A stretch of DNA of 46,929 nucleotides, filler included, from Streblomastix strix (GCA_008636045.1; 2 parts of 2 records of this genome joined end to end with filler, not necessarily neighbours in it), one strand, 5' to 3'. Shown: positions 14,201-27,133, numbered from the whole stretch's first letter. Notes: a model not told the origin generated them from the letters alone. Numbers and translations: made by a program.

Positions 14201-15204
14201 CCAATGGCAATATGTTTAAATCTTATAATATCTTCACATATGAATAAAATTATAAATATAACGGCAAAAATTAATGTTCATTTTAATATTTCTTCTTTAT
14301 TTGTACTCATCATCTCCTGAATCAAATTTCTTATTATCAATACATTAATTATTTTCGTTAGGGTTTAGAGGATTTTGATAATCACTTATTTGAGTCATTT
14401 AAACGCTATAGAAAAAGCATATAAAGTGAAAAATAAAATAGTAAATCAACATAAAATTTCGATAAAATTATACCGATTAATGTATATTTATAATAATTTA
14501 CTGCATTTTAATAAATATAGAAGTAATTTGAAGAATAAAATGTTAAATCCTTTTATTATGCATGATATTGTCTTTATTTAGGAATAAAATTATCTCATTT
14601 TAGAACGAAATTGGGTATAAGATATGCAAAAGCTTTAAATTAATCAAATTTATTATTGATATGCACTCCAAAATTCACATTATAAGAATTTTGGAGTTAA
14701 TTATATTTGTGTCGTTTTCTAAAGTTACAAAATAATAATTGTTATTAAATATATTAAAATGGTTAGAAAATGAATATTATTATTATTTTTGACAATTAAT
14801 ATTTAATATATCTGTCTTAGTGAGCAAAAAAAGCAAAAACAAAAATAATTTTCATTAGTATTTGTCGATAAATAATATTTTATGTATTTAATTTATATAA
14901 TCTGGCTATATTTAAATTTCAAGGAAATTTTTCATATATTTCACTATAAAATACCTTTGGTCTGAATAAAATAAACAACAAGTTCAAACTCTGGGAAACA
15001 ATTAGGATATTGGGCTCTTCAGTTTTGAAGTAATGTGAAAATAATATGTTTATATTTGTGTTACTTCTCGTAAATCTTACTAAATATCTTCACGTCTCTT
15101 TATTTTCAGAGAATATCCAATTTTATTTTTTTTTATTAAAATCTCATTTTTCTGATGATTTAATTTGAGTTTTTGTATTTTTATGTTTATTCAGCTTTTA
15201 GGAA

Positions 15205-18159
15205 ATGGCATTAAAAAGCTCTGATTTAGTACCACACACTGGTACAACAACAAGTTTGATGGCTACTCCAACACTTATTTCTTCTGGATTCACTGGATTT
15301 GAGCAATTGATTCTCCCAAGATAAGGACTAGATATTGAAATGCAGGTTCGTATCTATGATAGAGAACATTAGGGCTTAATAAACAAAATTGTATATGATA
15401 TGCCAGATCCACATATTGGCACTGGATTGAGTAGTTCTGTTGAAACAGAAGGAACTGTAGGGAAAGTAGTTTATAAGCCTTATTATACATTAGAGAATTC
15501 AGAAGGTTTTTGCAATCTATATTCACCAACTATTCTTTAACTTATTGTTTATTAATTTGCTGTATAAAATATGTTCAGATATAACCTTACAATTTGAGTC
15601 TAGGTTTGAAGGAGGAAATTTGAAAAGGGCAACTTAAATATTCCCATATGAATATGATTTAGAGATGAGAGGAGATGTTGGAACATGATGTCATATGCAA
15701 TGGTTTTATTTTAGTATATTGAATATGCGTAAAGACACTAAATATAAATTTAATATCACAAACTTTCGTAAATCGGGATCACTATTTCTAGAAGGAATGA
15801 GACCATTAATGTATTCAGAGATTTTAGCTTAATAGAAAGGAATTGGATGGCACAGAGTTGGAGAAGATACTGCATACTATTAAACACCGTGTATTGGAAG
15901 GAGAGCTATGACTATGCGAACTAATAATGGAAAAGGTGATTAATCTAATTACACATTTACTTTCTCAATTCGCTTCCCATATTTAAATTCTGGAGATAAA
16001 TGCTACCTTGCATATCATTATCCATTCACTTATTCAGATTTAATGAATCATATACACTCTATTGAAAAGAATCCGTAGAGAGCTATACATATGAGAAGAT
16101 AAACTTTATGCTAAACAATAGCTGGCAATACAGTAGATTTGATTACAATAACATCATTCTCTGGAACAGGAGTAGGAAAAGGTAAAGAAAGTATATATAC
16201 AACTGAATAGATTAAAGCAAGGCGTGGAGTAGTTATTACAGGAAGAGTACATCCTGGTGAATCAGGTGCATCATTTATGATTCAGGGACTAATGGATTTC
16301 TTAACAGGTAATACAATGGATGCAAAGATATTGAGAGATAATTTTGTCTTTAAAATTGTTCCTATGTTGAATCCTGACGGTGTTATAAATGGGAATTAAC
16401 GTATAAACTTAGCTGGATTTGATCTTAATAGGTATGAATTTTTTGTTTATGATATTAAACAAATATAATTAATAAAATGTAATTATATTAATTATTTAAT
16501 TTGACTATTCTTTTAATCAGACAATGGATTTCTCCATAAAAACGTACTGCACCCACAATTTATGCAACTAAGTAAATGATTAAGAGATTTGTTGAGGATA
16601 GAGATGTTATTCTTTTCTGTGATTTTCATGCTCATTCAAGAAAACGTAATGTATTTATATTTGGATGTGAAAACAAAGGAACAGGGATACAATAATCTTC
16701 TGCACCATCATCCATTAATTAACTTTCATCTAATTCAAACTAATAATAATAGTAATAATAACCGTCTTAATTTAGTCTTCTATTGTAGGAAAGAGTATTT
16801 CCTCGTCTTCTTCATAAAAACTCATAAATATTTTCATATAATGATTGCGATTTCAAAATGAGTAAGCAAAAAGAAGGAACAGCAAGATAAGTCATATGGC
16901 GAGAATTTGGAATTATTAATTCATTCACCCTTGAATGCAGCAATTGTGGTGCATCATGCGGACGCTTCATTGGGATTCATTTTACACCTTCACTGGAAAT
17001 GGATATGGGGAAAAAGTTCGCAGACACCCTACTTGACTACTGTGACCCAGATTAAACAGTTGTTGCATAGTGTATGCGTGAATTAGCACTTAATTTACAT
17101 CGTAATGAAATTGAATGGACGATGACTTTATTATATAATATTGGTTTATAATAATAGAAAGAAAAAACAAATGGAATAAACAAACATAAACCACAAAGTA
17201 CTGCAGAAATCGCATAATCGAAGAAATCTATTCATTTCAGTTCATCTACTCTTCTTTCGTATGAATAAATGGTTTAAGAATTAGCATCAGTTACACCAAT
17301 AACTTCAAGAGGGATTATTTAGTAGAATTAAATTACATCTTCATCATCATATTCTTCATTCACTTCAGAATATTCTTAATACACAGTACCATAATCTTCT
17401 TAATCATCTTCTTCCTCATCATAATCTTCATCAGTATTTTCATAATAATCTTCAAATATTTCTCTTTCAAACTAGTTAACTCAATAGCATTAAGCTCATT
17501 TATAAAAATCTTAACTTAACTCTCCAAGATTAAATACATAATAATAAATTTCATCTACTTTTCCATTATCTATTCCTACATCTTCTATTCATTAAATATC
17601 TTCTTTCAATTCACAAAATTCTCTTTCATAATAATAACATCCACCAATACAATAAAAGAAAAGAAGTAATTCCTCTTCAAGTTTATTGCAAGGATCATAA
17701 TTATCTACTCGCTAAATTACTCCTTCTTTAACAAGTAATTCAAAATTATCAGGTATTTTATTTATCCCTTCTATTCCATAACAAACATCTTAGCAAATTT
17801 TTAATTAATAATAATAATAATAATCTATTATACCATATTCAATTCATTAATCATCAGAGTCTAACTTTAATTAATTTTTACATTAAAAACAATTTTTTAA
17901 TAATAAGATAAGAGAAATTCCCAAAGAAACCTCTAAAGAGAAAGAAAAAGATAAAGAGAAAGAGAAAACCTAAAGAGTATAAAATAAAGCAAAAACAAAA
18001 AATAAATTAATACATCCAGCTTCAGCTCATTCAAAGCTCATTGATAAAGAAAAACCTCATGATCATATTTCTGGGCATAAACAATCCCCGCCTGTTTCTT
18101 CTGCACCTCTCATATTTTATCCATCAATAGGAACTTATTTATCTTTACCAAGGGAGTGA
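15205..18159 (+). CDS. Cytosolic carboxypeptidase (M14D, CCP/Nna1-like tubulin deglutamylase) with long Ser/Gln-rich C-terminus; 5' end may extend upstream
   Basis: [63 protein letters not shown]. Introns near 15.50-15.58 kb and 16.43-16.52 kb. TGA at 18157-18159. Confidence 0.9.
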
Positions 18160-18607
18160 ATGCTATTAATTAATAATAATACGTTAAATAATTCATTTTA
18201 TTTATTTATTTGTACTAAAATATAAAAGATCTTAGATTACAATATATCGTTGTCCACTTTATAATATGATATCTGGTTAAATTTTGATGTATATTATACA
18301 AAATGTTTATCAAATTGATAATTGACATTATTTATCTATCAAAAGAATAGATAGTAAAGGTATCTTTTATAAATTAAATAAAAATAAGTTTGATAGTTTA
18401 TGCAAAATTTGATAATTTTTTATTATAATTTCAATATCTAGTCTTTATTTCATTTATTTAGTTTGCGAAGTGAGAACGCATCATCAACAAATTTGACAAC
18501 CTATATGGTACATATCAAAATATTATACACATTATTTTAAAGAAAGGAACAAAAAAAAACATACTCACAAATTATTTGAAAAATTATACAAAAAAATTAC
18601 AGCATTA

Positions 18608-19060
18608 ATGGATTAAATGATTAAAAAAAATCCTAAAACTGAATCAATTATTGAAGTTAAAGAAGAATATTTTAGTGAAAGTAATTTCAATGATTAAATT
18701 TGATGTTGTTCAATTTGCATTAATGACTAAATTATAACTTGAAAATGGAAAATATAACAGAATAAATTGTATAAAATTGAACAGTTGTTCCAAAAACAAC
18801 TATTCATGAAACGATAATTCAACCATTATTGATGAAGAATAATGAAATGAAAAAATAATAGAAATTAGTTAATACGGTAAAATAACTTGAAAAACATTAA
18901 ATTAACTTAAAGGATTCATTTTTATTAGCGGATATATCTAGAAAAACATTAAATGGTTAATATTAAAATAAATTAAAATCGGTTGCAGAAGATTTGCTAA
19001 AAAATATTAAAAGTTGTATGTTACTAAAATCGTTGATGCAATTTCTTTAAAGAATATGAT
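18608..19060 (+). pseudogene. Degenerate small intronless ORFs, possibly viral-element remnants
   Basis: Short ATG-led, Lys/Gln-rich reading frames packed head to tail (TGAAATG at ~18843) with frame disruptions; no recognisable motif. Confidence 0.25.
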
Positions 19061-19315
19061 TATTTGCACTATACTAACACAATTTGCAATAGGAACAAAA
19101 CAGTGGTTTATGATTAATTACATTCAATTAAAAAAAATTTCTTTAAATTTAATTTAAAAAATTTATTATTTAAATCTTTATTAAAAAAAAATTTTTTTTT
19201 GGAAGAATTTCAAATTAATTCATTATTTATTATTGTGATATTTTTTAATAAAAAACATAGATTTTTTTTAAATTTTTTAATTTGATAAATTCAATTCCAT
19301 AACTCATACAACCAC

Positions 19316-19951
19316 TCAACTCAAACAACAATTATACTTCTAAAATTATAAAGTATTGGGGAAAAATTATTTATTATCTTTTTATATTCAACTACATATA
19401 GTAATTTCTAAAATTCTCCTATCTTAAATTTTTGCATTTTTCTAATCATCAATTGTATCATTTTCTTACTATTTAATATTTTTTCTTTACAATTATACTT
19501 TCTACTAATGATACTCAATTTCTTAAGAGTTATCTGCAATATCGGTTATTGGAATATCATTTTCTTAATTCTCTTTCATTTATAATCTATTTATTTTCTT
19601 CTAACGAAATTTACTCTCTTATTTCTTGCATAAAATTCTATATTATCTTTCTGATAAGTTCTAATATCCATCAGATTATTATTTAAAATTTTCTAGATTT
19701 TAGGTTCGATCAGTAATGTTAACTACAGAATTATTTTCAACTCCTTAAACGTCAAGCGCTCTATTAGATTCCAATGGCCATCCATTTAATTCATATTCAA
19801 ACATTTATCCTTTTATACGAAGTTCTCCAATCATGATTTTAATCTTATCAATAATTGTGTACATTTTATCTTTAGTTTATACCTATAGCTAAAAATTTCC
19901 TTTTTAGAATGGAATAGATTGGTAGATCCATTCAGTAGGATCATCTTGCAT
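19316..19951 (-). CDS. Intronless 211-aa protein with N-terminal ubiquitin-like domain and Gln/Lys-rich tail
   Basis: MQDDPTEWIYQSIPFQKGNFQLQVQTKDKMYTIIDKIKIMIG..FEYELNGWPLESNRALDVQGVENNSVVNI follows the beta-grasp pattern; there is no di-Gly motif. Confidence 0.5.
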
Positions 19952-20135
19952 ATTTTAATTAAAAATATTAAAAATACTTTTTAAACAATATCTGAAGTTG
20001 CAAATTTAATAATTTGCCTCTGCAACAAAAAAATGTAAAAAAACGTAATTTGGTTTTTTTCAACGAAAAACAAATCATCAAATTTGCAACACCAGCTGTT
20101 GTTTAAAAAATATTTTAAATATTCACAATTAATAT
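19952..20135. repeat. Imperfect inverted repeat / hairpin (arms about 70 bp)
   Basis: aatattaaaaatactttttaaacaatatctgaagttgcaaatttaataatttg versus the reverse complement of caaatcatcaaatttgcaacaccagctgttgtttaaaaaatattttaaatatt. Confidence 0.75.
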
Positions 20136-20157
20136 AAAATTTATCTTGATGGGTCTA

Positions 20158-21819
20158 TTAAATATAAGGGCTGCATCACAGACAACAAATTTATTCACGC
20201 TATTTGTAACCATAATCTTCGCAGCTAATGACTACAACAGCAAAGGTTCAATTCATCAATATGATGGGTAAATGATATGTGCAATTTTGCATAAATGACT
20301 ATGACACAAATGTATGCATTAATCATCAAAAATAACAATTTGAATTAATAATCAAAAATTATTCAAAAATATTCAAAATTACTAATGTGAATAGTATATA
20401 GCACTATTTACATCACAAATATTTATATTTATTGACAAAATGTTGTGGGATTGCGTGTGAAAATAATATGAAATAAATTACTAAAATTTTTCAAATAATT
20501 TCAAGCGTATGTATTCATTATGTTTTAATAATTAAAAATATAATAGACAAAATTAATATACATTCATTCAAAATTTTCATTAATTCTTTCAGACTAATCG
20601 CTTAACTAATTGATATTTTAGAGTAGTAATTCAGGTTATTTACATCAACATTTACGGTTATTGCATGCATGAATATAACTTTGTCTTCGAAGGAATGCAA
20701 ATTATGGTATTCTCATGTATTTGTTTAAAGTGAATGTTGGTACATCAGATAATGATTCAAAATTCTTTTTAATAAATTAAATCATTTCTTTAGGAAATTT
20801 GATTGATTGTATATATATTAGTAATGACCTCAATTCTTAAGATATTTATTAAAAAATAAAAAATACAGAAAAACGACTAAGCATAAAATTGCCTTTTTTA
20901 ATGTATATAAATGGCAGATAATTATAAAATGAATAAAACGTTGAGTTAAAATATACTAGATTATTTATATGTAATATATCTACCCAATCATACAACAGTT
21001 TAAATAAGAAGTATGTTAACTACTGAATTGTAATGGTTAAATTAACAAAGTCATATAACTGTAACATCTGAAATAGACACATTTGTAAATCAAATTATTG
21101 CTGAAAGATTTAACTAACAGTAATAACATTAATTGATATAAATTGAATTATAGTAATAACTACAACAATAACCAATAACAAATATTAAATTTTAATTGTT
21201 GAAAATTAATGAACAACTTTAACAATTAACATAAACCTAACCATAATTAACCAAAAATGTTGATGAAATTTAAACTGAATTAAATTAATCTGATAATACT
21301 GATGAAAAAGGAATATTAGACCTTGTTAAACACAAAGTTAATTACAAATAAAAATTTTATGAAAGTGGAAGAAGATAACGTGTATAATAATTATTACAAA
21401 TTATACAATAAATTACAAATTAGATACGTTAGTTATAAATTTTGTTAAAAACAATAAATGACATATTAAGAGAAAAATTTGATTTGAATGACGATGATCA
21501 ATAACTAAAAGAAATTAAAATAAATTATGAATAACTATTAATTGAACAATAATTAAAATATTAATAGGAGTTAGATCAATAAGATCAGTTACATCAATAA
21601 GAGATGCAAGATTTGAAACAAAAATTAGAGAAATAGAATAAAGCGGCTATATAAATACGAAAGTTTTATCGAAGATGTATCGCATAGTAACAATTACGAT
21701 AATCAATTAATGCAACAAAAATAAATAAGAACAAATGGAAGAAATATAAACTAAGTCAATAATTATAATAGATAATCATCAATTCGAGATACAAGAGACA
21801 AGGTGAAAAATCATTTAAG
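20158..21819 (+). mobile_element. Truncated, diverged relative of the 7-kb pPolB-only element (one TIR + upstream region + 5' part of the ORF)
   Basis: 20160-20320 resembles the TIR (ctgcatcac..gctatttgta.cataatct..caattcatcaat..ctatgacacaaatg). 20400-20900 aligns by eye to the reverse complement of 36710-35460, and the ORF aligns to the N-terminus of 35458(-). Confidence 0.85.
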
Positions 21820-21843
21820 AAAACTGAATAACTTTATTAATGA
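20911..21843 (+). pseudogene. N-terminal fragment of the pPolB polyprotein (Gln-rich coiled coil, degenerate IQ-like motifs)
   Basis: MADNYKMNKTLSQNILDYL.. versus MTEKYRMNKQLIQNLLDQL..; similarity ends at KRQGEKSFK. Confidence 0.8.
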
Positions 21844-22361
21844 AAAGAAATGAATTATCTTTGATGAATAACTTTATTATTGTAAAAGAATTGGTAATTA
21901 TTGTTAATGAATAAATTTATTAATGCGAAAATAATTAGAGCAATAGTATTGAATATTGAAGTGGATTGCTTATTTGATTAATGAATGGGATTATGGTGTG
22001 CGATAATTTTTTCATATTTTCGGTTTTGGGGCAGGCTTCTTTTTTCATCACTACTGATAACCCAAATCAATGATTTGAACGATACGTATTAACTTATTTG
22101 GCTAGTTTATAATGACTATGGATTCGGTCGAATCAAATTTTATTGATGAAATTGAATAAGTTGTATCGACCAGTTAGTCGATTGTTGAAATACATTATTT
22201 GATGAAATTGATGATGATGAACAGTTGCAGCATTGATTATAACCATCATTTTTGAAGTATACGCATGTGATATGACCTTAGGTTAGTGCATCAGAGTTAT
22301 ATGAAAAATTGAGAAAATTGATGAGTTTTCAATAGTCTATTAAATTATTTTATTTTTATTA

Positions 22362-23182
22362 TATGGGAGTATCCGATCACAAACAACCACCCCAAATTTT
22401 TTTAAAAAAATTGTAACATGATTTAAAATTAAAAAAAGTTGGAGTTGTAAAATGTTTAAAAATCTATCATGACAGAGTTGCGCGAAAAATTTTTTTTGGT
22501 TCGCTAGCCAGCGACAGGTTGTATATGCTCTTGAATTTTATTTTATTTATTTTATAAAATTATTTATTAAATAAAATTAATATTTGCAAAATTTTTAGGC
22601 ACCAGCGATGGAGAAAAAAAAACTTTTTTTTATTTTCCATTTTTTGAAACATTCGTATAATTATTTTAATTAATTAATATTTAATTTGATGTTTTTATTT
22701 TTTAATTAAATTTTGTTTAATAAAATTCATATTTTTTAATCAACACGACGCAAATTCACGATTTTAATTTTTTCATTTTCGCACATTTGCACTTTTGTCG
22801 AAATAAATTTAATATTCGAATTTGGTAATTTGTATTATATGATTTATTTACATAAATTGTCATAAAAAGCTAAAATTAAACATTGGATGCAGTGAAAAGT
22901 AAAATATAAAGAAAATCTTCGTTTTCGCGTGCGCCAGTGCCTAAAAATATCACAAATATTAATAATGTTAATTACTAAATTTTAATAAAATAAATTAAAT
23001 TAAATTCATTAACATATGTAAACTACCGAAGGCTCACGATCCAAAAAATTTATTTTTTACTCAAATACGCTACGATGCATTTCTGAAGATTTTACGACTC
23101 CAACTTTTGATTGTATTAAATCATATTATATTTTTTTCAAAATAAAAACAGGGTGGTTGGTACTGATCGGAAACCCTCATAT
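22362..23182. mobile_element. MITE/foldback element with ~260-bp diverged TIRs
   Basis: Left tatgggagtatccgatcacaaacaaccaccc..aaaagttggagttgtaaaat..tttttaggcacc versus right ..gtgcctaaaaa..ttttacgactccaactttt..gggtggttggtactgatcggaaaccctcata; TA-rich ends, non-coding. Confidence 0.8.
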
Positions 23183-23429
23183 AGGCCAATAAAAACCTGA
23201 AATATATATTGAAAAATAAATATTTTCAAACTGACTTGAAAGTTGGTTTCTTAGTCAATGTTGGTACGCTGATCGCGAATATGATGTTAAAAATAAGTGA
23301 TTGGATTGATGATTCGGTCGAATTAAGCAGATTACTGAAAAGGATAAATAGAGTGGGTAAATGAAGTGATTTGTCCATGTGTCCATGGTAAAGAAATGTA
23401 ATTAGTATATATATGCTAGCGCTACGGAT

Positions 23430-23529
23430 NNNNNNNNNNNNNNNNNNNNNNNNNNNNNNNNNNNNNNNNNNNNTTAATTAATTAANNNNNNNNNNNNNNN
23501 NNNNNNNNNNNNNNNNNNNNNNNNNNNNN
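23430..23529. other. Artificial assembly gap/linker (N44-TTAATTAATTAA-N44)
   Basis: Exactly 100 nt, with an all-frame TAA spacer in the middle of the Ns. Confidence 0.95.
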
Positions 23530-23539
23530 TCTACGAATA

Positions 23540-23962
23540 TGTCTTAATTTTATCCTTGTAATCGTCGATTTGATTTTCTGTTAAGAATAATTAACAATTA
23601 TCTATCTATACTAATTCATAATCACCATCTGGAATATTACCTGTGAATGCCACCTCCACCAATTCTATGCACTATACATGATACTTTCTGGCTATTTGGA
23701 CCTGCTAACGGAGGTACATGTGTTTATGATGTTAATAACACATTTGATGAAGTGATAAGTTAAATTGAAGGATGAAGTAATTATTAATTATTTTTTATTT
23801 AATCTAAAAATGGATTATAAAATAGTACATACGAATGGTGAGGGTGAGGTGGCATTCACAGGTAATATTCCAGATGGTGATTATGAATTAGTATAGATAG
23901 ATAATTGTTAATTATTCTTAACAGAAAATCAAATCGACGATTACAAGGATAAAATTAAGACA
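23540..23962. repeat. Perfect 117-bp inverted duplication next to the gap (23540-23656 versus 23846-23962)
   Basis: Identical reverse-complement copies; the junction lies at a ccacctc(c)acc microhomology. Confidence 0.9.
23650..23775 (+). pseudogene. C-terminal fragment of putative major capsid protein (copy 1)
   Basis: PPPPILCTIHDTFWLFGPANGGTCVYD..*, homologous to 27986-28254. The capsid identity is inferred from gene context. Confidence 0.4.
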
Positions 23963-24097
23963 GTTAACGACAAAGTCAAATACATTAAATAAATGAAACA
24001 ACTTAGTAATGATTAATGTAAGATACATAATACAAAGGTAGCATAGGAGCTTGAAAAAGATAGATATCTATAATATGAAATTGAGAATGATTTATGA
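23810..24097 (+). CDS. Small element protein X (95 aa), unknown function
   Basis: MDYKIVHTNGEGEVAFTGNIPDGDYELVQID..; a paralogous fragment lies at 26991. Confidence 0.65.
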
Positions 24098-24148
24098 TTT
24101 ATACTCTTTGAGTCTAAGAATCTTTGATTATTATTTTTGCAATATAAA

Positions 24149-24520
24149 ATGATCTCATAACCTAACAGAAAACGAATGATATTAACTTAAAACCCAACTG
24201 TACAAATAGATGAAGGAATCAATCAATTTCAATTACCAGTAGAATTTGTCACATCAAAAAATAATAGAGAAATAATATTTGTATAGTGTAGAACAAATAA
24301 ACAGTTAATTGGTTAAGATCTTTATTTATACGCTTCATTTGTGTAAGAGGATTAGGATAATGATTAGTATGTAGCTAGATGTGATGAAAAATGCACAGAC
24401 AAACACTTTCTTCAATTAAATCATGATAAAAGCGTATAATTTTTGTTTAAGAATATTGATGGCGAGTTAGTTGATCAAAATAACATATCATTTATACTTG
24501 AAATCTATTTAATATTTTGA
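24149..24520 (+). CDS. Putative minor capsid (penton-like, beta-rich) protein, 123 aa
   Basis: Alternating hydrophobic strands and the C-terminal pattern VQFLFKNIDGELVDQNNISFILEIYLIF, reminiscent of Polinton minor capsid proteins; homolog at 28286. Confidence 0.5.
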
Positions 24521-24549
24521 TTAAACATTGTGATTTTGTTTCAAATAAA

Positions 24550-24942
24550 ATGAGTCGAGTAATATTTGACAGCAAATAGAGGATAGTTAATAAATTCAAT
24601 AATGAACATTAGTTCGCTGGCATCAATTCAAATAATCTACCGTAATTGAAGATATTAGAGAAGTATTCACCTGAGCTAGTGACATTTGATACAGTTGATG
24701 AGTTCAAATAGTATCTTGTATTGAATAAGGAATCAATGGACTAAATGACTACACAAAAATTAAATAAGACATTTAAAGTCAAAGGGTATTGTATAACTAA
24801 GCTATAAGGAATGATTTCTTTGAGAAAATGTCACTCAAGCAATGAAAAAATAGATTCACTTTAGACAAATAATGATTAACTGGATAAGTTAATTAGTGTA
24901 TTAATTGATAAGGAGATTATTTCAATTGATGAAATTTCATGA
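24550..24942 (+). CDS. Conserved element protein Y (130 aa)
   Basis: MSRVIFDSK..LPQLKI..TFDTVDEF..NKESMDQMTTQKLNKTFKVKGY; homolog at 29714. Confidence 0.75.
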
Positions 24943-25722
24943 ATCTAGTATCTTTATTTTTGTTCCATCATTGCTGTATTATACTATTAATGCCTATCTC
25001 TTCGTTAAATTTGTATACTACTCCCATACTTTATCCTTATCGAATGGTATAGAAGATTAATAATAAAATAAGTTAAATTTCTAACGATTGAATCCACCGA
25101 AGAAGTATATTATATCAACATTAGCTTTTATACTTGCATCAGGACCTATTATATCTTATAAGCATAGAAAATAAGTGATTCTTGGCTATCTGTTCTTGAA
25201 TAGCTTTTTGAATAATGGTAATTACTTATTCTTAAATACTGACATCGCGTCATCAAATAGAACTAGTGTATGAGGATATTTCATTTTAAAATTCTCTGCT
25301 CAAATAGTAGAAAGGATATCCTACTTAGAATCCGACGTAAGTTAATTTATTAGATGTTTCTCAACAACACTATCATATGCTGCTTTTGCTTCAATTAGAT
25401 CATTAAGTACACTATCAATTTCACCGTAGGTAACAATCTTTGTTGGAATAGTGATTAATGTGCTCATCTTCTTATATGTTTAATCATTATTGCTATCAGT
25501 AACATATATAAATAACGTATAACAATTCTTAACCTAACTCAATTTGATTAATTCCTTAAATACATTGTATGACTTATCACTTCCTCTCTATCCTATAAGT
25601 AAGTTAATAGAATTATATGTAAAGTTAATTTCCTTGTGAACTATGCTTTATACCTCATGTTTATTAGTGACTTAAGTATCTAGTAATTCATTTACATATT
25701 GCGTTAGTGAATGATTTGACAT
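24937..25722 (-). CDS. A32/FtsK-HerA-type genome packaging ATPase (copy 1)
   Basis: Walker A LLIGQRGSDKS (G to D variant), Walker B HTLVLFDD, then KNRQPRITYFLCLQ; open for 262 codons. Confidence 0.8.
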
Positions 25723-25785
25723 TTATTTACAGTTGAAACTAATGATTGATAAGTAGCTAATTATCTATTTTTTTGCTTAAACTAA

Positions 25786-26964
25786 ATGAGTGAACAAACT
25801 TAATAAAGTGGATCTTCATAACAAACAGTAACAGATAAATTAGGATATGTCTCCCGAACCAGACCAAGAGTTTAAGAAACAGATTACTATGAAAATAAGG
25901 GAATAGTGTTACCATATGAAACATATCAAAAGACAATTGGACGATAATTAACATTAAATTAAGAGCTTAAAGATAATAAAGATTACTAAAGGGTTAGAGA
26001 ATAATCATTAGCTAAGAGAAATGAACTTCTAGCAAAGTCAAGATAGTAATCATATGCTCCACTAATGGACTTGATTGGGAGGAATAAAGATATTCAATTC
26101 AAGAAAATATGGTCAAATTAGCCATCATTTGAAGAATGGAAGAAGAGTAGAACAAATCCCAGATAAAAGAAATGGGCCGGAACAGTAGAAGATATTAACG
26201 GTGATTAGATTCCTGAGTTTGTTGTTCGTGATGATAGAGGATTTATTCAATCAGCTGATGGACTTAGAATTACAGTTCCAATTAAGCGTTAAAGAGTAAC
26301 TAAATATTTCAGTCAAAATCCAACTAAAGAAGCCCGTTAAGAGAAGCATTATAAAGCATGGAAAGAAGAAGATAAACCAACTGATGGTTATAGACATTTC
26401 ATCAAACACTATCTATCCCCATTCCTTAAAGAGCGTGGCTATACTGTAGCTTAAGTATATTCAGTCATTGGAGGAAGAATATGGAAAGGAGTTATTGCTC
26501 CATGGGTATTGTAATATTATGATAAATCATATTAAGCATAATTATTTATTAGAGGTGATGCTACTTCACTAGCGATATATAAGAAATTGAGTAAAGCAAT
26601 AAAATAGGCATATAGTCAATATTTCATTACTGGTAAATCTTAATAAAGAGATAATTAAATGATGAGACTGATATAAATAGGTTATGCGGCATTTTGGAAT
26701 AGTCAATTAGGTGAAATTCCTGATGATACAAATGATGATGGAGATGACATATTTAATATTCCAACAGAATAAGCTATTAAAGAGGCAAAATAGAGAAGAG
26801 ATGAGAAGAGATAAAGAGAATAGAGATAATATGAAACGGATATGGCAAAAATAAAAGCAAGGATAAAGCCAACATTTAGTGAAGGGAAGACTGTAGAAAG
26901 TGCTAGATTGGCACCGTATGACTTTGAAAATGATTTAGATGATTATGTTATTGAAAGTCAGTGA
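25786..26964 (+). CDS. Element protein Z (392 aa), unknown function, contains a DxNGDxxPE loop
   Basis: Open frame ATG..TGA with TAR=Gln; EDINGDQIPEFVVRDDRG. Confidence 0.7.
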
Positions 26965-26990
26965 AAATTATTATTTTTGTTTTCATTAAA

Positions 26991-27133
26991 ATGAAATTAA
27001 TAAGCTGGAATCTTGTTCACATAGATAAATAAGGTAGGGTTGAATGTATTGGTAACATCTCTTCCGATAATTTCAATGAAATATAGATATCAAAGTACTG
27101 CTTACTTTTAAGATAAGATTAATTAGAAGAATA
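26991..27133 (+). pseudogene. 5' half of a protein X paralog, cut by the MITE
   Basis: WNLVHIDKQGRVECIGNISSDNFNEIQI versus YKIVHTNGEGEVAFTGNIPDGDYELVQI. Confidence 0.6.

Larger units (their letters stand above)
23650..27133. mobile_element. Polinton/Maverick-like endogenous virus segment A (structural/packaging module)
   Basis: Dense intronless genes including a packaging ATPase and candidate capsid genes; gene order is shared with segment B. Confidence 0.8.

Noticed and set aside
3238..18159. Functional clustering of tubulin-related genes (TBCD and carboxypeptidase)
   Set aside because: They are separated by unrelated genes and there is no evidence of co-regulation; likely chance.
21850..22330. 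Moderately complex sequence after the truncated element
   Set aside because: No identifiable protein motif or homology within the window.
23430..23529. TTAATTAATTAA palindrome within the N-run
   Set aside because: It is a synthetic contig-joining spacer; the sequences on either side may not be truly adjacent.
23540..23962. Perfect 117-bp inverted repeat as a hairpin or TIR
   Set aside because: It is 100% identical, sits at a contig end, duplicates part of a coding region and joins at a microhomology, which is typical of an amplification or assembly fold-back chimera.
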